Notes under the pieces: generated by a model
Told to the model about the DNA's origin: nothing
The model's database searches: none
What the model saw: the letters and a program-made list of their open reading frames with translations, nothing else
Shown: positions 53,701 through 64,000 of the stretch, piece after piece
Layout of the letters: every line of letters starts with the position of its first letter
Position numbering within the stretch: the first letter of the stretch is position 1
Source of the DNA: Chrysomallon squamiferum
Taxonomy: Eukaryota; Animalia; Mollusca
Reading direction: 5' to 3'
NCBI GenBank assembly: GCA_012295275.1
Contig: CM022671.1
Coordinates: 29,264,001 to 29,328,000, forward strand
Length of the DNA stretch: 64,000 nucleotides
Made by a program: the position numbers and the translations under genes

Positions 53701-56693
53701 AATGGAGCCTTGTTGTGATTGATGAGAATGGTGAAAGCAGTGACCTGGAACAAGTTTCCTTTTGTTACATGGATGTGATTACATTGAAGTTGTTCTATAC
53801 TTTGTTATTGGTCAGAATGTGATAAGCGATAAAAACAAGACGTGTGAGTGAATGTCGTGTAGTCCTAGTGCTTTCTGTACATAATTATAAATAGTGTGCA
53901 TGTATATATTAACAGTGTTTGGACATTTATGTGAATCCCAGTTTTTGAAAAAATGAACAGCATTTATTGTCAATAAGCAAAATATGAAAAAAACAAAAAA
54001 TTGAAAAAAAAAAAAAAGAAAGAAAATAACAAATAGAAAAAAGAATTCATTATTTTTTTTTTTTTTTTTTTTTTTTAGCTCTCATTGTTCAGGAAGAAGG
54101 TGAAGCTGAACATACTTGGGTTTGAAAAATAAAATATGTAACTTTTTACTATAAATGTATGTTAAAAATGAAAACAAAAATGTTGCCACAAGTTACTTTG
54201 TTTTTCCCCATCATGTCATGTTCTTATTTTAATGCAAACAGTATTGCCATCACTTTCATATATTTTGTAGTGTGAAGAAGAGAGTGCAACTTTTCATTCC
54301 CACCCTGTGAACATTATTTTGTTGGAAGACGTTTGTTGTTTAGATTTTTTTTTTCATTTTTTCTTTTTTGAAAATGGAAAGATATTCCATAACATGTACC
54401 TCGTTTAGCTAGCTTCTGTAAATACGTCATTCATTTTATGTCATTTGTATGTGAAGTGTGTAAATATAACTATTTTTCTGGTACGTGTGTGTGTAAAAGT
54501 AAAATGCATATCTCTTTAAATTACTGTATGTTGCCTTGTACAGACTGGTGTGTAATACATTATCTTAAGTGTTTTGCTATAATCATATGGTGGTATTAGA
54601 ATTGTTGTCTATTGTGTATGTGTGAGGTTGTGTAGGTAAATGTCTTTTATGATGTTTGTAAAATTATTCTCTAGAAGGACACCATTTTTTTTTTCTATTA
54701 TTATTTACAGTCCCATTCTGCCTAAGTTTGAAACAGATGTTGAGGTGACTCAATGTCTTGTTCCATAAATACAACACACTGTATACATTTAAAAAAACAT
54801 AAATGTCTTTTTCAGAACTAAAATTTTATTTTTCTGATTAGGATTACATTTTTTTTTTTTTTTTTTTATTTACTTGTAATCATCTAACTAAGCATCATTC
54901 ATTACCAGTAATAATACATTATTCAAATCATTTATTTATATATTTTCTGTAGTCTCAGTTCTCAGAATTTCAGTTGTAATTGCAGTACTAAAAAAATTAA
55001 AGAAACCTAAGTCTACCAGTTTGCTTTACAACAGTGTATTATATTAAATAAATACTGAATTTTAAATTTTTTTATTATTTAATATTGATATTTCTATTTT
55101 AAAAAATGATAATAATAGTAAAAACTATGTTAAACAAAATTCTTGATTGTTTGGTTGAAAATATTGCTAGAAAATAATTTGAATTCTCATACCTTTTCTG
55201 ATCTTGTACATTGAAGAAAATTTTATTTTGAAAGAAAAGAAGTTAAAGTTGCATATGTGGATGTTTAAATAAAATAATAAAAATTTAAAAAGACATGTTG
55301 TAGAAGTATAAATGATGATAATATTTATTCGAAAGCTGTAAAGTTTTGTTGAAAGTTAATTACAGGGGGAAAAATAAAACCAAAACGTTATGTGAAGCAT
55401 TTTTTGTTTTTCTCTCTTTTTCTTCAAAGTTTTTAAGGTATTAGCAATACAGAGGTTTAATAAATTAATTAATAAATGTAATATTAAATTACTAAATGAT
55501 TGCCAAAAATTTACTATTTAATTTCATTCACTGTTAACATAGCAATTCTAGTCAGTTCATTTTTTTGTTTTTTCCTTGAGATGCAGAACTGAAATTTTTT
55601 GGAGAGCAGTTAATTATAGAAATGCACACAATTACCAAATGGCAGTAATGCAGTTGATTTGCATTAGATCTTATTTTTAACTCTTCTTTTCATCCAACAG
55701 ATATCACTTATGATTTCTAAGAAATGTAGCTTTATTTTTGCAGAGTCTTCATTTTTTTCACCTTCTTTCGAGGCCTTCAGCCATAATTTTTTATTTGTTT
55801 TATTGTTACCAAAGTTTTCATTAACAAGGAAGACCTTCTTTTCATTATTATTAGTACTATTGGTTATTTTTATATGTATTATTATTTTACTTATGCTTGA
55901 AAATGTCTGAAGTTATTATTCTCTAACAGGAATTGTTGATCAGTAATGCATGTATGTTTGGTGCAAACTGTGTGTTGTACATTTGTGTAGTCTTCGTTTT
56001 TGTTGTTGGTTCTTTGTTTACCTTTTTTTTTTTCTATTGGATAATTTTATCTTATGTTTAATGTTTTATAGATTTTTTTTTTTTTTCATGATTGATGGAC
56101 ATGTTTTCTTTTGTGATTGTTAAAACATATTTTTCTTCCATACTCAAACTGTACATACGTTATTTTGTAAAAACAGACAAAAAAAGTTTCTTTTTTTTTT
56201 TTCCTTTTTATTAAGTTTTTTCATGTATATGTCTCACAGTAATGATTTGCCTTTAAAACTAATGATTGTCGTTTGTCATAAACAGTCTCCATTACAGAGT
56301 AAGTTATTCTGGATTAGTGGAGTGTATTTATTTTTCTGTACATCTGTCCATAGAACTGACATTGTGTGTGTGAGACAGCAAATAAGCGAGAACAAAGTCA
56401 CCTGAAGAGTTTTGTCACCCTCAGATTGCTTCTTTTTTTTTTTTTTTCTTCTTAATTCCTTTATTAATTTAATAATAAAAATGTACTAATTATATTACAG
56501 AATGAAGAACCACTGTAATGAATATTTTCTTGTTCAATTTTAAACTGCGTATTTGTTAAAAATTATAGAATAAACATTTAGAAGAATAAAAAGTAAAGAT
56601 TTTAAATTATTTTGTTATTTAATGGAGTTATAAATACTTGAAAATTTATAGGGTAAAAATAATAAAAATTGTAATTTGAAAAAAGAAGTTTTG

Positions 56694-56726
<33 letters not shown>

Positions 56727-59700
56727 TTTAAAAGTATTATTAATTTTTTGAAGATTTATTTTACAAAAAAAAAAAAATAATAAATTAAAAAAAAATGTTA
56801 ATTATTTAAAAGCAGGTAATATATTTTCCTAAATATTTTGCAGTATAAATAATAATCTTTACAATGGGTTAATATGCATTAATAGCATGGAAACCATATA
56901 ATATTTCACTTTTTTCTTTTAAACCTTTTTTTTTTTTTTTTTTTTTTTAAATTACGTATGTCTGAGATTTGTGGGCAGGTTTGGAAGCCAATTTAAAAAA
57001 GGTTTCTATTCTATTTTAACTTTCTGAAAGTGACAAGAAAAACGTGTCATCAAATAATATCAGTTCTGTTGACAGATGAACTGAAATAATTACTTGTTTT
57101 ATCTGCTGAGTATCTTTAACAGTGTTGGTGTTACTTCAAATTAAAAAGTATGCTGGTGCCACCACAGTATTGTAATGTGACATATCTTCGATCTGAAACC
57201 TGCAAAATCAGCAGCATTTACATCACACTATTACGACAGTACTTAAAAACAAATATTTAAAACAATAAATGTATTTTTATTCCAAAATAATTTAAACTTT
57301 CTTCACAGCCCATATCTGTAAAATTGGTATCCCTGTGATAATTGTCTACCTAACTCTTACCTTGTAATATATTAGCCAGTATTCAAATGAAACTGACATT
57401 AATTTAATGTTAATAGATTAAAATAATGGTAAAAATAAAGATGTATACATCTACTTTTTTTTTTCACAGTTATAAACATACAAGTAATGAACCCTGAACC
57501 CTAAAGTTGTTACTGTTTCAAGTTGGATTTAAACTTTGTTTAAAAAGCTACTTATGTGCATCAGTTCAAAATACCTGATTCATTAAATTAGCTTAGTGTA
57601 ATGTTTCTGCTGCTGATTTGTTTTATTTTTTCTGGCAGTAAATTGTACAGAATATTTTCTAAATGTCAGCTTCCATATTATATTATTGTACTCCAGTTTG
57701 TAAAATAACCTTTTGAAAATTGATGTTTGATTCTTGGTGTTTCATTTGTCCTGTTTATTAATGTTGCACAATTACGAATTTTTTTTTTTTTTTTTTTTTT
57801 TTCTTTTAATAAGTTTTTGGTTCTGTTGCTACATGTATTTAAGGTTGAAGAGACATGCTGAATCTTCTTTTTTTATTTATTTATTTATTTATTTTTTATT
57901 TATTTTTTTTGTGTCTTTATTTGCATTATACACTGGCAGGTCAGTCAAACCACCAAATAACCACATCTACCACCAGTACTACATTCAACGAAAATTTATA
58001 TTTAAATTATTTATTTAAATTTCTGATCTTTTTTTAATTTTTTTTTTTTTTATTTATTTATTTTTTTTTTAATAATTTTAAACTTTGTTCTAGGTAATTG
58101 TTATGTATGTATTTTAATCAAGACAATAATTATTTCATGTTATTTCAGGTACATTATTATTATTATTTATTTAAAAAGGATTCTATTTTTTTTTTTTTTT
58201 TTTTTTTGCCACCCACCCCATCAACATGATTATTACATTGAATATTAAAATGCATAATGTCTTTCGTTGAATACAGTAGCACAGAACTAAAAACATTTGA
58301 AAAAAAAAAAAAATCAGGTATATTTGTTGTATGAAGTCATTTGTATGGTATGTATATATTTATATATATTTTGTATTGTATAACAACATACATATGTTTT
58401 TCATTGTTGAGCTTTATATTAATTTTATTCTTTTGTTTTCTGTCACCTTGCCTTAATTGAACATTTGAGCTTGTCGTTTAGCATACAACACTTCAACATT
58501 TTGGCATGTTTTTTTCAGCATGTTTCATCTTTGCCTTTCATACACGAAAACATTCACTACATCTATACATAAGCTGCCATCTTTTTTCTTTTTTTTTCTG
58601 CTACATATGCAAGTTTGTATATTTGACAGAATTATTGATGTTGTTAAGTGTTTTCCATTTGATACTGTGTTGATGATATTGTAACATAGTAGACTCAAAT
58701 GCAGTTATTTTGCTATTTGTTGTATTTTTCAGCTCATCGGTAACAGTTTTTACAAAATTGACACAGTTGTCTACTGTACATCCAGCAAGGTTATTAAAAC
58801 ATCAGTAGTCAATGTAGAGTAAAGATCTTTAAAAAGAAAGCAAATAAAAAAAAAACACAAAAGTAATAAATACAAACAAACGTTTGAGGGTTTTTTTTTC
58901 CACTTTTCTGTTACAAGTATTTTATTTCTTGGTATGCTGTTAAGATCTGATGAGCTCATGCTGTTCTGCATATGTACAGTTTTTGATTTGTTGAAGATAT
59001 TATTTTTGGCTTTACTTACACTAAGGCCATGTTTAAATAAAAGAAGAATTAATTCTAAGTAATTTTGAACACGTTCAAAGCACTTTGAAAACAAAAACCA
59101 AAAATATGATCTCAGTGAAAATTTTAAATCTATATTTAAAAAAAAAAAAATAGGTATATGTCTGCAGTTAACACTGGTCTTGTTTTTGTTTCTTTAAATA
59201 TATTTTTTCTTTCTTTTTTGTTTATTTATTTATGCAGCACTCTGCTGATTAACTTTCACAAGAGTTGTTGCTACTGTTAATACACTTTCTGAGTGTCAGT
59301 AAATATGCAATTTTCCGACATTAAAAATAAAGAGTAAAAATATTAAAATTTTCCGTTTTGCCATTGATATATAAAATAATAATTCTATTTAACATTAATA
59401 CATCAGGTCCATAAAATGTTTAAAATATTTATATATATATATATATATATAATGAAGAAAACAAATATACCAAATACATTTTTAATAATTACTATATACT
59501 TAATCAGCTAATCTTAATGTGATTTTGAGGGTGACTAAAAGATTGTGAAAGTTTCACGGACCATGAATGTTGTGGTTAGATACTTGCTTGTTAATGCGTA
59601 TTCTGATGTGTCATGATGATTTAGTAAGTGGAGAAAAATACTGTTCAAAAAAGAAACAACAATATGTATATAAAGTCAATAAAAGGTACAAGCAGTGTGT

Positions 59701-60959
59701 TTAATATTGAATAAAGGTTTGTTAATCTGCATTTTGAAAGGCCAGCAAACCTCGGACAAAACAAACAACGTCAATACATTTTTTGCATGTGTGATTGACA
59801 CTCGGAAGAATATTCTGTTGATTTGCTGTCAGATGGTCAGTTCTTTACACCTGCAAAAAGTGTTGCCTACACATAATAATTGTTTATATCACAATTCATA
59901 GTGCTTCCTTCCCTTGCATTTGATTCAGAAATAGCATATTATTAAATACTGGTCACACAGAGTGACCTCATCTTCAGAGTAAATACATCTGTATTAATTA
60001 GACTACTCTGCATTGCATTTCCATCATCAACCCTTCTTTTTTCATCGTCCATTTTAGAAGTGAACAAAAAATATATACCTTAGCATGAAAATGTGGGCAG
60101 CACTTTTTAAGGTGTATGGATTGATATATGGTTCTGATCTTCAAAAAAAATAAAAAAATACATTAAAAAAAATGGAAACAGAAAATTTATTTTGATAAAG
60201 GCCACTCTCACAAGATAGTGAAAAAATGGCCAAAGACAGTACAAAAGTAAAATAAACAATAAATCTACATTCTATTGTGTTGTGTTGTGTTTGGAATCAT
60301 ACATTCATTTTTGTTTTCAGTGAAAATTCTAGTTAATAATTTGAAAACAATGCACAGTATGTTTGGTAAACTTGGCATTTTTACTGCAGAAGAAAACTTT
60401 ATTATCCCTGAATAACTTGACAAGCATTAAAATATTTTATTATTTAAAAAAAAAAAAAAAAAGATGAAAGAAATGAGCATACACAAATTACTGCAATACA
60501 AGATTTTAGCCATGCCACAAAATAGATTTTGCAGAAGCTGAAGCATGTTTTCATCTTTTGGAAGGTGCCTAATTACAAACGGTAAGCCTTCCTACTAACG
60601 ATTTATTTGGACTGGCTTGTATAATTTTTTTAAAAAGGCCAAAAAATATTCTCTTTATTTGGTATTTATTATTATTATTACTTAAACATGGCATTTTCAC
60701 TGCAGAAAAAAAAAAATTCAGATGCTTTTTCTCCAGCTGTTTAAAAAAAAAAAAAAAAAAATAAAAAAAAATGCCCAATGCAAGAAACTAAAATTTATAT
60801 AATACTGATAATCAAAATACTAAGTACCAACAAAATAAAAAAGTGAAAGCATCTAAAATTTAATTTACAGTATGTAAATTAATACTGATCATCAAAATAT
60901 TAATATTATTAACCCCATAAATGCAAGTAGGAATTAAAAGCTAATTACAAAAGAATAAT

Positions 60960-61280
60960 AAGGTGTAACGGTAACATCTTAAAGTGCGGGATTAATCACG
61001 ATGCACGACGTAATGGCAATAGTATGTAGTCAGCTGGCAGGCGGAACCATAAACGGTAACAATAACCGCTTTCTATAACAACAAAGAGTGATCGTTGTTT
61101 AGAAGATCGTTGTTTGCCGATGCCAAATAAAGGTTTGTTAAATAATGCAAAAGGAATATATCCTGAGGATATTTTTTCGTTAGGCGGTTTTAGACGTAAA
61201 ACAGAATATTGCTGATTTAAATATATCTTTTTTTTATATATTAATAAGGAACTGGTAATGAGCGACAAAACGTGATATTT
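60960..61280. promoter_or_regulatory. CpG-enriched probable promoter/first non-coding exon of the next gene
   Basis: Cluster of CpGs in otherwise CpG-poor DNA; GGCGGAAC; candidate donor aacg|gtaaca near 61055. Confidence 0.4.
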
Positions 61281-61862
61281 CAAAATCTTGATTCAAAGAA
61301 TCTTTCAGTGATTGATTCAGTAGACTGAGTAGTTCATTGACTCAATCCAGTCATGTTTAAATATTATTGCATGGTAATAACCGAAAGTTCTATATATTTC
61401 TATATTTTTAAAACTTTTTAAAACATAATAATAATAATATTATTATACACCATTAATAACATACATGATACACATTTGCTGCAAAATAGAGAAATATAAA
61501 ATACAAATATATTAAACTTCTAACGTCTTCGTTAAACTTACCCTTACATCAAAGTGACATTAAAATGATTAATTAAAAATATAATTTTAATTAATATACA
61601 ATAAAAAGAATAAATTTGCAGTTTAGATCTTGGCCTTAAAGTTTTTCTAATAAATTATTTCTTTGCTCAGTTACTAGTGATAGTATTACACTAATTTACA
61701 GTATTAGTTTAAAAATGAAATGATCATGTCACATATCATAGGTTTTTTTGTTGTTTGAAAACCAGAACAAAACAAAACCTTTTTATACCATATACAGATT
61801 CTAAAATATGGACAGCTGTGTAGCTATTGAAAACAAATATATTAATAATTATGTTCATATAT

Positions 61863-62141
61863 CGGGGGTTGGTAACCTTTTGGAGAAAGGTGATTTGCAG
61901 TGTTTTGGAAGAGAGCCAAGATATCAAATGTATTATATATATATATATACACACACACATAGACCGATATCTCTCTCTCAGTTCTGTCTTCAATATTGAG
62001 CACCAAATCGGGATGCTAGGAAGCAAGGCTGTTTTGGTCTGGAGGTTTAAAGAGAAAACAACAATGTTAATGTAATAATTGCTGCCCAAGTGTTCACAGC
62101 AGGCCAGATGTGGACCTTGGGCTAAAGGTTGCCAACCCCTG
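61863..62141. mobile_element. hAT (Charlie-like) MITE
   Basis: Termini cgggggttggtaacc ... ggttgccaacccctg; subterminal ggccagatgtggaccttgggc; flanking 8-mers tcatatat/ctatacat could be a decayed TSD. Confidence 0.7.
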
Positions 62142-62467
62142 CTATACATTATCAACTGCAAACATAACCCTAACAACAACAGTAAAATAAATAAGAATAA
62201 TTTATGTATCAATAAAAATGATCTTAACATCTAAACAAGCATGAATAACACATCGGTTATAATGTAGTTACTACATTTTGAACATATCTTTAAAAATTCA
62301 GGTTAAGTTTTTCAGTATTGAACTGTCTCATCTCTGACATACACTTATGATTTGTTATGAGGTATTAAACATTTTGTTGAAATTAATACAGTTAGTGATA
62401 TGAATGTTTTCTTTGTCTTAACAGAAATCTTGAAAATACATGTTCTTTAAAAGTTCTGACGATTTTT

Positions 62468-64000
62468 ATGATGGAGGAACAGAGTAAAGATACAAACAAT
62501 GCTATCAGTGGAGGCAAAGCTGATCCCATGGATACCAAGTAAGAAATAATTTACAATTTTTGTACTTCATTTATGTCATTTGTGTGTTTTAATTATATAT
62601 AATATCATTTATCTGTGATCAGTTTTATGGATTTTGCCTAGTTGGTGAGAGGACAAACCTAAACTTCTTTGTTTTAGGTTGTTCTCAATATTTGACTGCC
62701 GTAAGTTATTTCTGAGCATGGAAAATTACTAAATCCAAAATTCATTATTATCTAACGTCAAAATGAAAATGTCTACTATGCTCTTGATGTTCACTGTAGT
62801 CTTCTGTATCCAATACTTATCTATTATATGCTGGCTAGAGAAAATGGTAATGTGGTATGATAGAAGTAGAAAGTGAAATTTTCTGTGTATATTTCATCTA
62901 TCACATCGACAAAAGCCAGGAGTGGTCAGGATTAAGAGTGAACACGAGGACTGGCAATTTGATATCATCTCCACCACGCATACCTGACAGCTGGCTATTT
63001 CTAAACTTTGTTCAGATAGGCAAGGTTGTTCTGGGGACTACCATAGTCACTGTCAGGAGTTGTCCAGCTGTAGATCAGCTCATCAAGGACGACTGTTAAA
63101 ATTCAATGCTGGTTATATCTTTTCTGACAAATGACAGTGGTACCTGTCTTGTATGGACACCCAATCGGCTGAGCCAGTGTTCCTCCATTGCAGGTGTCCT
63201 CTTATCAGAGGGACAACAGTTACAGACAGTTTGTTTGAACATATATACAGTCTTTAGTCACATCCATCACACCAGTACCCACAACTAATATAAATCATTG
63301 TGGCTGGGCATTGCCATAGCAAGCATCACAGCTATGTACCAAATGGTTTGAACTTGCATGATTTGGAAAATGCAGTTCACTGGCTCTTGTGATTCAACAA
63401 AAACAACATTTCCTGTATGCACTGTGCCATGCAGGAAATGGATGACACCATCTTAGAAAATATATAGAGCTGCAATACAATAAAAGTATTTATTTTGGAA
63501 AAATCGGTATGACTATCCACTTTAAAAGTGGAATAATAATTAATATGCAGGTATTTGCTGATCTAAGGGACATATCTGTTGACAAACAATACAGGACTCG
63601 GAGGTGGGAAAGTGTCCATACATAATAGTTGGCCACTCATCTCAGGGGACCACTAAAGACAAATATCACTGCAGTTTGTTTTCTACCATTAAATTGATTA
63701 TTGTCTGCAAACGTTGCCAAAGTTTGAAAATATATTCTGGTACATTTTATTTTACTGTATTTCACTTTTGGCATGGGATTTTTATCCAATAGTTTGTTGT
63801 TGTTGTTGTTTTTTTCACACAATTTAAAAAATTAAATAACTATTTAACTTTATGTTTTGTTATCAGAACAACAGAGCCTGTGGACATTACCTCTGATTCC
63901 TCAGCAGTTGGTAATTTGGTTATTGATGTCGGTGAGCAAGAAACCGCTCAGGATCAAAATACCTCTATGGAGGATGCAGATGGGGGACAGAAGGAAAATG
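62468..64000 (+). CDS. 5' part of an unidentified gene (acidic, low-complexity N-terminus), truncated by the window end
   Basis: Exon 62425-62538 (ATG at 62468; MMEEQSKDTNNAISGGKADPMDT, donor aa|gtaaga, phase 2) joins in frame to the exon from 63867 (ttatcag|; KTTEPVDITSDSSAVGNLVIDVGEQETAQDQNTSMEDADGGQKEN...), open to the window end. Confidence 0.6.

Noticed and set aside
61736-62230. 164-aa ORF, the longest in the supplied track
   Set aside because: It runs through a hAT MITE and microsatellite; there is no recognisable domain or splice support.

Overview
AT-rich, microsatellite-dense, intron-rich animal genomic DNA, probably a mollusc (possibly a gastropod); this is inferred from the repeat types, not proven. 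Reading splice sites and phases by hand gives four complete multi-exon genes in two head-to-head pairs: TMED2/p24beta (-, 4 exons, 204 aa) <-> RILP-like (+, about 9 coding exons over ~25 kb, ~411 aa), and DRG1 GTPase (-, 10 exons, 367 aa) <-> EIF4ENIF1/4E-T (+, about 23 coding exons, ~1340 aa). The first two coding exons of an unidentified gene lie at the right edge. Most ORFs in the supplied track are single exons or microsatellite artefacts. The unusual features cluster in the RILP-like gene: (1) a 16-copy 32-bp tandem array that multiplies a complete 3' splice site (AG|GT), in which only the last copy gives a readable protein; (2) a 2.8-kb Sola2-like foldback transposon with ~620-bp TIRs and a TAAA TSD; (3) a MITE resembling mammalian Tigger4; (4) 15-nt and 36-nt microexons plus candidate alternative first and last exons. 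Also seen: a 22-bp array in the DRG1 3' UTR in which each unit reads ATG-GAT-ATG-AAG-TTR-TAA, and gene pairs that appear also to be neighbours in human. No CRISPR array, rRNA or intact tRNA was found.
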